A stretch of 62,978 bases of DNA, counting the filler, from Thraustochytrium aureum (taxonomy: Eukaryota), in NCBI GenBank assembly GCA_012862495.1. It is 7 parts of 3 records of this genome, joined end to end, with 100 filler letters (N's around TTAATTAATTAA, not from the genome) between each part and the next. Parts side by side here need not be neighbours in the genome. Positions count along the whole stretch, not along the records: positions 5,911 to 21,341 come from BLSG01000122.1; positions 21,442 to 27,064 come from BLSG01000123.1; 5 more parts are not named here. One strand, written 5' to 3'. Positions within the stretch are counted from its first letter, which is position 1, and each line of letters begins with the position of its first letter. Positions 11,151 to 22,132 of this stretch are shown here, in pieces. The notes beneath the pieces are model-generated. The model ran no database searches. It was not told the origin of the DNA and saw only the letters and a list, made by a program, of their open reading frames with translations. The position numbers and the translations under genes are program-made.

Positions 11151-12306
11151 AAGATGACACAACTCGAGGTCGCATGCCTTGGCCTCCCCACCGGGCACTC
11201 GCAATACACTCGATGCTACAGGCAGCATGAGAAAGCCCGCGAGACAGCTGCGAACCGCTTACAAAGCAACCGAGCGCGCGGGGAACACGTCGCACGCCTC
11301 GCGGGACCGCATTCCGGCTTGAAACTCGATGTTGGCGGCCTTGGCCATGAGACATGGCAGCAGGGGCAACCCTTCGGTCGGGTGTTTGCCACTCATTCTT
11401 GACAAGCTCACCGATGCCCCGAGCAACGGCGCAGTGCGCCACGGAGGGTGAAAGTCGAGCAGTTTGTCCCATGCCTCAACATGGGCAATCAATCGTCTCG
11501 GCAAGGCGCAGCGCGCCAGAGACACATACTTCGCGCCGGTGCCCGTTGCCATTGGAGACTGCGACCGGGCCGATGAGGTCGCGCTTTTGCTGGCCGAGTG
11601 TCTCAACGTGGGTGACGCCTCCCACGTGATCGGTGCGATGGCGCTTCTCCCAAGCATGGGCCGCCAGCCTGGGTTCCTCTGCGGCCCGCAGGGCCAGATG
11701 CTCGGCCGAACTGTATCTGTCATGGAAGGCAGATGCGGACCGATTCGCATCTCGAGGCTGCGTGAAGTGGCGTTCGGATCCGGTGATGGTGTGGTCGGCC
11801 TGGTACCAACACGGGACTTGCTCCACGTGCCGCATTGAGACTGGCATGAAGCGCGACAGCTGCCATTTCTCTATTGATGGCCAAAGTGTTGCGATGCCAC
11901 CATGCCTCTGTTTTGAAGTCCTTTGACGGTACAGAACTGTTGATCGCGGCCCAGGCTGGCAGCGCAGTTTGGCGCGACAATCAAGTCTGCCTGCGCCATA
12001 CGGGACACTCCACCCCAAGGCTCGCGACTTGTATACTCCTCCTCCAAGGCTCAGAACTTGTAGGCTCCCCCAGCTTGCGATACGCTACTAGAGCCGTCCA
12101 GCGATCTGGAGCGCCCGCAGCATCGTTGGTACGCATGGCAAACGCTACGGCGGCCGGGCCTGCGAAGTTCAAAGCGACGACTGGGCGATGCCTGCGTCTG
12201 CGTTGTTGGAAACGCGAGACATCGCTGCGGATCGACGCCAGCGTCAACGAGTCTGTGATAGTAAGAGTATCGGTCAAAGGAACACATTGTTAATCAGACG
12301 AGTGGC

Positions 12307-13386
12307 TTACTCAAGGCAGCAAGTCTGGAAGATCTTGCTGGTCACGAGGTACGGGTCCATGTTGGAGGCCGGGCGGCGGTCCTCAAAGTAGCCCTTGCCG
12401 TCGATCTTGGTCTGGTTGGGGATGCGGATCGAGGCGCCGCGGTTGGCAACACCGTAGGAGAACTTGTCCATGGAGGCAGTCTCGTGCCTGCCAGTCAGGC
12501 GCCTCTCGTTGCCAGCGCCGTAGCAGGCGATGTGCTCGGCATGCTTCTCGCCGAGCTTCTCGATGGCCGGGATGATGACGCTGTCGAGCGAGCCCTTGAC
12601 CTCGCGCATGGCCTTGGTGGAGAAGTTGGTGTGGCAGCCGGCGCCGTTCCAGTCGCCCGGGACGGGCTTGGGGTCGAGCGAGGCGACCACGCCGTACTTT
12701 TCGCAGACGCGGTTGAGGATGTAGCGGGACATCCAGTGGNNNNNNNNNNNNNNNNNNNNNNNNNNNNNNNNNNNNNNNNNNNNNNNNNNNNNNNNNNNNN
12801 NNNNNNNNNNNNNNNNNNNNNNNNNNNNNNNNNNNNNNNNNNNNNNNNNNNNNNNNNNNNNNNNNNNNNNNNNNNNNNNNNNNNNNNNNNNNNNNNNNNN
12901 NNNNNNNNNNNNNNNNNNNNNNNNNNNNNNNNNNNNNNNNNNNNNNNNNNNNCCGGGGAAGCCCATCTGGACGGTGGGGCCGCCAAAGCTGCGGGCCGTG
13001 GACGTGGGCCAGCCGAGGGGAACACCGTCCTTGAAGAGGGTGTACTCCTGCTCGATGCCGAACCAGGGGATCTCCTCCGGGGCGGCGTCAAAGATCTCCT
13101 TGGCCGGGCGGCGGGTGTTGGTGGGGATGGGCTCGCCCTGGGGGGTGTAGCAGTCGCACATGACGATCACATGGTTGCCGCCGCGGAACGGGTCCTGGAA
13201 GAGGGCCGCGGGCTCGATGATGACCTCGGAGTCCTCGCCGGGGGCCTGGCCGGTGGAGGAGCCGTCAAAGTTCCAGTGCGGCAGGTCGTCGAGGGTCACC
13301 TTGGACTTGTTGGCGACCACCTTGGTCTTGCAGCGGAGGCCGCCCTCGGCGTCGATCCAGACATACTCGGCGAGCACGTACGGCAT
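12307..13386 (-). CDS. Glutamine synthetase type II, copy B (internal N gap 12740-12952)
   Basis: [94 protein letters not shown]. Confidence 0.97.
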   Translation of the reverse strand: MPYVLAEYVWIDAEGGLRCKTKVVANKSKVTLDDLPHWNFDGSSTGQAPGEDSEVIIEPAALFQDPFRGGNHVIVMCDCYTPQGEPIPTNTRRPAKEIFDAAPEEIPWFGIEQEYTLFKDGVPLGWPTSTARSFGGPTVQMGFPXXXXXXXXXXXXXXXXXXXXXXXXXXXXXXXXXXXXXXXXXXXXXXXXXXXXXXXXXXXXXXXXXXXXXXXXHWMSRYILNRVCEKYGVVASLDPKPVPGDWNGAGCHTNFSTKAMREVKGSLDSVIIPAIEKLGEKHAEHIACYGAGNERRLTGRHETASMDKFSYGVANRGASIRIPNQTKIDGKGYFEDRRPASNMDPYLVTSKIFQTCCLE

Positions 13387-15039
13387 CTTGCTGGTCTAAG
13401 TTGTTGCTGCTGCTGCTGCTGCTGCTTGCTGCTTTCGCTTGCTTGTTGTTGCTTTGTTTGCTCGTTGTCTTTGGGGTCTGCATGGACTGCGGCTGCTGGC
13501 GGCGAGGCCTGTCCATTGCATGCATTACAAGCAGGCCAGCTGCGTCGGTCGCTGCGTGCTGGCCTTTTTGCCGCGCCCTCCGAGCAAAGCGCAGGCCGCT
13601 TGTGAGGTGGCCCCGGCACGCGAGAGCGCTTTCCTGTGAGGCGGCGCGGGCGCCCCTCTCACGAGCCGCATCTCGCTGGCGAACGGGGCCCGCAGAGGGC
13701 GCGCCTCTCTCGGGCGGACGCGGCGGGCGGAAAGCGCAGCGAAAACCGCGCGCCGCCCTCTGGCTACGAGCGCCGCCGAAGACAATTCTTCGGCGGCCTA
13801 CCTAGTGCGCGGTCGCGCGCCGCACGGGAGCCCCCACAGAGTCGCCGCTGTGCGAATCACCGAATTACGCAATCCGACCTCGGCCTTCCGCGCGCCAAGG
13901 CGGGGATCTCGCCCGGCGGATGACGTGGGCCGCTCGCGCTTGCCCTGCCTCCAGGAAGAGGAAAAGGCGCCACGACATCGTCGAAGCAGCGCCCGCCGCA
14001 CGAGCCGGGAGCGCGCAAGGCAGAGCAGCGCAGCGCAGAGCAGAGAGCACACTTCAAGGATCGCCACGCCAACCGGCGTCGGTCGCCCTCTCTCTCGCGC
14101 GCTCGTGATTCCTTCGCTCTTCTTGCGGCGTAGAGTACGGGTAAGTACCTTCCGGCGAGACTTGGCTCAGTTCTGGATTGATTCCGCCTGCAAGAGTCTG
14201 AGACGAAACGCAGGGAATTGGACGCGGGAGGGAGGGAGGCAGAGCATCGAGCTGGACAGCCCCGAAGAACGCACAGGCACGGCCTGGACCAGGATTGGCT
14301 GCNNNNNNNNNNNNNNNNNNNNNNNNNNNNNNNNNNNNNNNNNNNNNNNNNNNNNNNNNNNNNNNNNNNNNNNNNNNNNNNNNNNNNNNNNNNNNNNNNN
14401 NNNNNNNNNNNNNNNNNNNNNNNNNNNNNNNNNNNNNNNNNNNNNNNNNNNNNNNNNNNNNNNNNNNNNNNNNNNNNNNNNNNNNNNNNNNNNNNNNNNN
14501 NNNNNNNNNNNNNNNNNNNNNNNNNNNNNNNNNNNNNNNNNNNNNNNNNNNNNNNNNNNNNNNNNNNNNNNNNNNNNNNNNNNNNNNNNNNNNNNNNNNN
14601 NNNNNNNNNNNNNNNNNNNNNNNNNNNNNNNNNNNNNNNNNNNNNNNNNNNNNNNNNNNNNNNNNNNNNNNNNNNNNNNNNNNNNNNNNNNNNNNNNNNN
14701 NNNNNNNNNNNNNNNNNNNNNNNNNNNNNNNNNNNNNNNNNNNNNNNNNNNNNNNNNNNNNNNNNNNNNNNNNNNNNNNNNNNNNNNNNNNNNNNNNNNN
14801 NNNNNNNNNNNNNNNNNNNNNNNNNNNNNNNNNNNNNNNNNNNNNNNNNNGGGAAAGCCCTGGCTGTCTTTCGAATTCGTTGACGGAGCGCTTGCTGATT
14901 GGTGATGACGTGCAAGGTCTCGGCGTCTGTTTTCCGAGCGGATTCCGAAATCGCACGAGATGGCGAGCCAGAGCCCGCCGAAGGCTTTTCTTTTCGATCG
15001 TGTTTCGTTTCCTTGACCAATTCGAAAACGAACGTGATT

Positions 15040-15190
15040 GTCCTTTTTTCTTCGTTTTTTTGTTTTTTTTGTTTTTGTTTTTTGTTTTTTTCGTTTTCAA
15101 TTTTCCCTTGAAAAGCAAGCAAAACGATGTTTTTCTTTTCGCTTTTCGCGGTTTTCGCTCGCTTTATTGAATACTTTTGAGAAAAAAAAA
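15040..15190 (+). repeat. T-rich low-complexity tract in the GS-B/AMT divergent intergenic region
   Basis: Repeated ttttg/tttc runs and an A9 run in an otherwise GC-rich context. Confidence 0.75.
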
Positions 15191-16006
15191 CTGCAAACTG
15201 CAGTGCGCACCCTACGTTTTTAGCAAGCGCCCTAGGGCGTACGACAGGCGCCTCCCCAAACCGGTTTTACAAGTGAGCAGGCGAGTTTTTGCAGAGTTCC
15301 CGCACGGGCATCGACTGGGAGCGAGTCGCAGGGACGCGTTAGACTGCACTGGTCCAGCAACGCGCCTGTGAGGCGTATCACTTGTTTACATCAAGCGCAG
15401 GTCGTGACGCCGAACGCCACTAGGCGAGTTGCGACGGCCCAGGAGTCATCGACCCGCGGCATGGCCCGTCTGCGCGACCCGTGCGTGCCACAGGGCCGCC
15501 TCGAGGGCCGCCAAATGCAGACTCGGCGCGCGCGCCGCGCGGCTCGCTGGTGAAAGAAAGAGGCAAGGGCTGCGCGGGGATTTGCTGGCACGGTACTTCC
15601 TCTCAACAAGTTTGCATGCTCCCTTTTCCTCATTTCGTTCCTGGGAGGCGCTGTTTTCTTTTACTAGGTGTGCCTTTGCGGCTTGGATTTTCACCAGCCG
15701 ACGCCCCAACAGACGCCGCTGCACGTCGCAGGTCGGAAAACTCGAGCTCATCCGTCGTCTATTTTTCAAGCCGAAGAAGGCCGCCAAGCCCTGGCCAACG
15801 TTTCCCTCCTCCTTTCGCAGCCATCGCCCCCTCTCAAGCCTCAGCCCTTTCAAACAGAGCAACACCTTGCGCTTGGGAAAGCAGCCGTCGAGACCCGCGC
15901 GCGGGAATCAGGCAGACCCCGAACAGCAAGCGACAAAGCAACCAACACCAGAACACAAGTAGCAGCAGCAGCAGCAGCAGCAGCACACGTTCACTGACCA
16001 AGCACG

Positions 16007-17374
16007 ATCGTCGACCATCGACGAACTCACCGCCAAGGTTGAGGCGCTCGCCGAGGCGCAGGACGCTTTCGTCGGCCAAGGCAATGCCGACCAGATCTGG
16101 GTTCTGATCGCCGGCTTCCTCGTCTTCTGGATGCACGCCGGCTTCACCATGCTCGAGGTGGGCTCCGTCCAGCACAAGAACGCTGTCAACATCATGTTCA
16201 AGAACCTCGGCACGGTTTCCATCGGCGCCATCTGCTACTTCCTCATCGGTTACGGCCTCGCCTACGGCACCGACAACGAGACCGAGGGCTCGGCCAAGTT
16301 TATCGGCGTCGGCAGCTTCGCCAACAAGGGCATGGGCAACGACAACCGCCACTTCTTCTTCTTCCAGTTCGCCTTCGCCGCCACCGCTGCCACCATTGTC
16401 TCGGGGGCCGTTGCCGGGCGCATCAACCTGATCGGCTACTTCCTCACCGCCATCTACCTGACCTCGTTCGTTTACCCCGTCGTGAGCCACTGGATCTGGG
16501 CCACCGGCGGCTGGCTCTCTGCCTTCAACGCGCTCCCGGACACCATCTTCACCGAGAGCAACGGCTGCGGCATGATCGACTATGCCGGTTCCGGTGTCGT
16601 GCACATGACCGGCGGTGTTGCGGCCCTCGTCGGCGCCAAGATCCTCGGACCGCGCCTCGGCCGCTTCGACAGCTCGGGCACCCCCGTGGACATCCCCCCG
16701 CACAACATCTCGCTCCAGACCCTCGGCGTGTTCATCCTGTGGTTCGGATGGTATGGATTCAACTGCGGCTCCACGCTCGGCTTTGACGGGCTCAACGCCT
16801 CCAAGGTCGCCGTCACCACCACCCTCGCCCCGGCCACCGCCGTCATCACTGGCATCGTTGCGGGCCGTGTCATGACTGGCAGCTACGACATCGGGATTGC
16901 GCTCAACTGCGCCCTCGCCGGCCTCGTCTCCATCACCGCCCCGTGCTCCGTCGTTGAGGACTGGGCCGCCATCATCATCGGCTTTGTCGGCGCCCTCGTC
17001 TACATCGGCGCCTCGAAGCTCATGCTCAAGATCGGCATTGATGACCCCGTCGACGCATTGCCGTGCACGGCTTTGCTGGCATCTGGGGCTGCCTGTCGGC
17101 CGGCATCTTCGCCACCCAGACCAACGTGTTCAACGCCTACTCGGAGCGCGAGTGCGCTGCCAACTCGAGCGGCATCCAGTTTGCGACCCAGCTCATCGGC
17201 GTCCTCGCCATCATCGCCTGGGTTGTGGCCACCTGCCTGCCCTTCTTCCTCCTGCTCAAGGTCACCGGCCTCCTGCGCGTCAGCGTCGAGATGGAGGAGG
17301 CTGGCCTCGACAGCTCGGAGCACGGCGGCAGCATTGCCTTCAAGGGCAACAGCATCTCGCCGGCCGAGGCGTAA
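16007..17374 (+). CDS. Ammonium transporter (AMT1 family); start codon apparently corrupted (ATCG at 16007) and a frameshift near 17059
   Basis: FWMHAGFTMLEVG, FFFQFAFAATAATIVSGAVAGR, YPVVSHWIW, DYAGSGVVHMTGG, LGPRLGRF, LWFGWYGFN, LAGLVSITA, IDDPVDA|VHGFAGIWG, LRVSVEMEEAGLD. Both pore histidines are present. Confidence 0.96.
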
Positions 17375-17786
17375 GTGTCTCGCGTCGGAGACCACGCCTG
17401 TCCAATCCGTATTGGCCGCTGCATTTACCGCGCCGCCGCAGAGCGGGCTCATCGTGTCCGCTGTTCAATTTCCCAAATGAGGAATCATGTGTCTTTTCTT
17501 CTCACCGGCCTCCTTTTTTCTCTTTCCCCCAGAACCCCCTTCGACCCTGCTCACCACGGCATGCTCACAACGGCACGCAGTTCTTCATTCTGCGCAACGG
17601 CCATCTCTCGCCGGCTCGCGCCCCGTCCCGCCCAGAACGCGGCGGCTCGTGCTACGCAGCCCGCGCCTGGCCTTGCGTGCGCCCGCGAATGGGCGGCACG
17701 CAGGCGCGCAGTGTGCTGGCGAACGTTTTGGCGCCGGCCGGCCTGGCCCGGAATGATCACACGGGGGCTCGCTCTGCAACGCCGCC

Positions 17787-20720
17787 ATGTCTGCGCAGAC
17801 GAGTCCGTTGCTGGCCGCGAGACCCGAAACAGGGCTTGGCAGCAACGCCGCCCCAGACAGTTTGACGATACTTGCTGGTCTAGACAGGACCTGCATGTTC
17901 CAGGTGAAGCAGGCCTTGGTTAGACTTGGACAGCAGACGGCCACGCCAGGGCTGCGCGGCCAAGATCGCCTCGAAGCGCTCCTGCAGCGGCTTGACGACG
18001 CGTCGCGCGCCCGCAGCGAGAGCCCTTGCGCGCCTTGAATCGCACCGCCAAGCCGAGCGATTCTTTGTTGAGAAGAACAGAGCCCGGACAGCTGTGCAGC
18101 TCGCTCGAGAAAGCAAGTGCGCGACCCGCTTTAGCAGAGTTTTGCAAGACCTAGAGGACGCGATTGTCCGCTACGACATCAGCGCGGTTTGCGAGTGTAT
18201 CCGACTTGGGGCCAGCCCTAACCACGAGACAATCGCTGGAAGCACGGCCCTGCTGAGGGCCGTCTTCCACGCCGAGCTCGAGCACGTTTCGCTGCTGCTC
18301 AGCCTCGGGGCGGATCCAAACTATGTTACGAAGAGCAGCCCCATGGCCCCCTTGGTCTTGGCCAGCGCGTGCGGGAGCGTTCCCGTTGCTCGCACCCTCC
18401 TTGCAGCGGGGGCAAACCCGGACATAGAGCTCCCAGACGGCAGGACGCCCCTCACGACCGCGCTCAAGCTCGGACGCCTCGATCCGATGGCATCTTTCCT
18501 GGTGGAGCAAGGTCAAGCGGCTGTGAACCACGCAAGAGCCATAGACGGCCTCACTCCGCTGCTCCTGTGCGTCGACGAGTTTCCTCTCCACCTCGAGTGC
18601 GCAAAGTTTCTGCTCGCCCACGGCGCTCAGCTTCCTAACGTGGTNNNNNNNNNNNNNNNNNNNNNNNNNNNNNNNNNNNNNNNNNNNNNNNNNNNNNNNN
18701 NNNNNNNNNNNNNNNNNNGTAGTCGGCGGTGTCAGCAGTGTCAGCGGAGTCAGCGGTGCCGACAGCGTCGCTGCGCCGCACACCCGGGCGGGCCGCTCGT
18801 TGTGCCCCATAGCGCGCGCCTGGGCGGCTGGGGAGTGGACGCTGGCTCGGTATCTCGAACAAGTACGCTTCGCAACACACGTGACGCAAGTTGGGCCGCA
18901 GACCGGAAACAGTCATTCGTGGCCAAGCTTGACGCCGCTCGTGACGTTCACGCCGCGCACGCTGACAGAATTGTGCGGGAGCACGACGTTGCTGCCCTCC
19001 TCGCAGCGGCAGCCGCGGGGACCTGCACGTTAGACCACGAGACACCCGAGGGCGAGACGGGGCTGATCTGGGCTGCTCACTATGGAAAACCGAGCGCCAT
19101 GGTCGAATTGGTGGCCCATGGGGCCAATGTAGACTATCGCAACCGGCGCGGCACCACCGCGGTCGCGCATGCTGCTACCGTAGGGTGCGTTGCAGCCGCC
19201 CGCGTTTTGGTTCTCGTGCTTGGAGCTGACGTGCGCATTGCTGACAACAGCGGCATGACGCCCCTCATGCACGCCGCCGCGGGTGGCCACGTGCTCGTTG
19301 CCCAACTCCTCTTGGCACATGGAGCGAACGTCAACACCCAGACGCCGCAGGGCCTCGATGTGTGCACAATCGCGGCCGATGGCAAGCCCGACTTGCTGGC
19401 GCTGTTTCACGCTGCCAAGTTTGGGAGCGGCGCGACGGCGTTCGGCTTGTACTATTGCGTCGACGAAGGTGCGGGGCGGCAGCAATTTGGCCGCGCACAA
19501 TCCGAGCTCGAGCGCCAGCTCGATCAACTCGGCGAGCTCCGCAAGCGCTTCGAGGCGCTCCGAGGACCGAAGCCGAGCATGTCCTCTCCTCCTGCCTTGG
19601 CGCCAAAGGTCAGCTTGGGCAAACTTGGCTCGCCTCGAAGCAGTCTAGAGCTCGAAAAGTGNNNNNNNNNNNNNNNNNNNNNNNNNNNNNNNNNNNNNNN
19701 NNNNNNNNNNNNNNNNCCTCCGACAACGACGACCACGACCACGAACACGATGCAAGCCCTGGCGGACTCCGCATAGTGCTCTTGCCAACGCTGGCCGTTC
19801 TTGCCAGAGGACTTTTGCGCATTGGCAGCGTTGAAGAGGCCAGCGAACTCGCGGCGCGCTCCATGCGCATCCTCGAACAGGCGCAAGAAGCCCCTGACAC
19901 TCCCGTCTTTGCTCGCACCCTCAGCGCGTACTGCGACACGCTGTACCGCGCCGGGCGTTTTGAGCAAGTCCGAGCGACGCTGGAGCTCGTACTGGAGCGC
20001 CGCATCGCGGCGCTTGGGAAAAAGCACGTTCTAGTGGGTCGCACGCAGGCCCTCATTCGCGACGCAGACGCGAGGCGCCGCGAGGCGCGCAGAGCCGAGA
20101 AGCGTCGGGCAGCGGAGGAGGCTCGGCCACTTGCGCGTGCTTCACTGTTTTCTGTGCAAGTCTCGCTCGACGCCTTCCTCGCGCTCACCGCCGACTTGCG
20201 CGAAGGGTGGCCCGAGTTTTGCCGCTTTGCTCGCGAGCGCCAGATGACCCAATACGTGCAGTTTTGCGACCAAGTGCGCTTGCTCAATGAGGCAGAGGGC
20301 TCACGAGTTCTTGTTTGTGGCGGCTGCAAGGCCGAGGCACGGTCGCATGCGGCAGCCGAGGGCCGCACATGTTGCGCTTGCGGAAAGGCTCGACTCGAAG
20401 ATGGTTTTGTTGTCCGTGCCCGCGCCTTGTTCAACGACTTTGTGGCCGGCAACAGGCTCAACTGCGTGCCGGCATTGACTAAACGAGCTGTCCGTGAGAA
20501 GCTAGAGGCTGCGAGTCGCGACCTCTTCGACCCTGTTATCCAGGTCGTGGTTCGCCACCTGCACTCTTTTCTGTTCCGCGGCTTTGTCGCGACGTCGTCT
20601 GGCTTTCTGTACACGTTGCGCTGGTCTGCGCAGCGGGAGCCTCGTGCCGACTTTGCCGCCACGCGCCTGCAAGCTGCGTGGCGCGGGTTTCGCGCGCGAC
20701 CACGAGTGGCCCGTGGCTGA
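17787..20720 (+). CDS. Multidomain protein: ankyrin repeats, TPR-like helices, RGS-like domain and C-terminal IQ motif; contains gaps and frameshifts
   Basis: ANK repeats (GSTALLRAV..LLSLGADPN, GRTPLTTA, GMTPLMHAAAGGH..LLAHGANVN). TPR-like segment ending ALGKKHVLVG. RGS-like FCRFARERQMTQYVQFCDQV...ARALFNDFV...LN...DLFDPV...FRGF. IQ-like AATRLQAAWRGFRAR. Confidence 0.75.
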
Positions 20721-21341
20721 AACCCGAACGAATACCTACCCAAGGGGGAAAAAATGAGCGATTGCTTCTACTACAGTGGTAAACTCGAGTGGTACACGTT
20801 TCAGTCCTGCTTGTCGCTGGGCAGCAGGTCGACCGAACAGGGTTTTGTCCAAGATCCTGTCAGAGGCTCCCGCGCTGCTCCATGAGGCGGTTGCTGCGGC
20901 GCACGCTTCGCGGGCTGCGGCGGCGGTGCCTGAACGCAGCCCGAGCGAGCGCCTTTGGCGATGACGCCTTCGTCGGGGTTCGAAACGCCTCGCTCAGTCT
21001 CGTTGTTAGCTTTGCGAGACGCGGGCTCGCGCGCACCTTGGTCGGCGTTGCTGGCGGGTCGCGCCGAGTAGAGGCCGGAGCCGGCGAGGTGGCAGGCCCA
21101 TCGGCATGGCTGCGTGGCTCACGAGCCGCCCGGGGCTGGGTGTTGCGCGAAACTTGTGCTGCCCGGGGCTGGTTCGCGCCGCAGTCCGTGCAGACCGAGG
21201 CGGACTCGCTGCTTGCCTCTACGCGCCTTTGCGGGGTTTGCGCGCGACGTGTCTGAACCATGTTGGCCGCTTTTATCCGCGTGTCTTGTGAATGGTGCGC
21301 TTGCTCAAGCTGTTGGCCTTCCGGCTTTCGCTGTTGGTGTT

Positions 21342-21441
21342 NNNNNNNNNNNNNNNNNNNNNNNNNNNNNNNNNNNNNNNNNNNNTTAATTAATTAANNN
21401 NNNNNNNNNNNNNNNNNNNNNNNNNNNNNNNNNNNNNNNNN
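21342..21441. other. Artificial scaffold linker 2
   Basis: 44 N + TTAATTAATTAA (21386-21397) + 44 N. Confidence 0.97.
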
Positions 21442-21585
21442 AGCAGCGCGCCGCCATCGAGTGGGCTGACCCTAGCGATACCAAGGGGAACCGAAACAGG
21501 CGATGCGGCCACCAACGGCAGCGCGCTCGAAGCTGCGGGACAAGTCCCCACTTCAGAACCGCCCGCTGAGCCTCTAGCCACAGTG

Positions 21586-22002
21586 ATGCCTGCCTCGCGT
21601 AAGCGACAGCTTGCGGAAGCCGGAAGTTCAGGTCGTGCAAGACTGGCAGAGGCAAGCAGCAAGCGGTCGCGCTCGGCGCGCTCGGCAGCTCCGGGCTTGA
21701 CGTCAGAGGTTGACCCGCGCGCAAAGTCCAGCCGGAATCGCTCCAAGAAGGCGCCTAGGTCAAGGGTGGAAGGAGAGCAACGCAGCCCTTCCCTCGTCGC
21801 CACAACCGCGACTGCGTCTGGCCCTGAAACATCCGACAAGGAGAAGCGGATGCAACGCGTGCTCGCGCTGCTCGAGTCGTCGCTGCGCGAGAGCATTCCG
21901 CGAGGCGCGCGAGGGGCGCTGCGTCCGAGGTCCACGGAAGCGAGCGCGAGCACAGAGCCGTCCGGTGTGGCCCAAGTTACTCGCACTAGGCGGCGAAAGT
22001 GA
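21586..22002 (+). CDS. Possible 3' end of a basic low-complexity hypothetical protein
   Basis: Open frame ending TRTRRRK*, followed by a T-rich tract and convergent with the next gene. No recognisable domain. Confidence 0.3.
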   Translation: MPASRKRQLAEAGSSGRARLAEASSKRSRSARSAAPGLTSEVDPRAKSSRNRSKKAPRSRVEGEQRSPSLVATTATASGPETSDKEKRMQRVLALLESSLRESIPRGARGALRPRSTEASASTEPSGVAQVTRTRRRK

Positions 22003-22132
22003 TCTGGCTCTGCCTTTTTTTAAATTCTAAAGAGGTAGTGTACAACGATGTCGGGCGACCTGAGCGATTCTGTCAGGTAGGATACAGCGCAGCGAGCTTG
22101 GGCTCGGCCAGTGCGAGTGTTTCGCCACCAGG

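Noticed and set aside
20860..21341. Minus-strand low-complexity ORF at the scaffold end
   Set aside because: It may be a gene tail, but there is no domain or other support.
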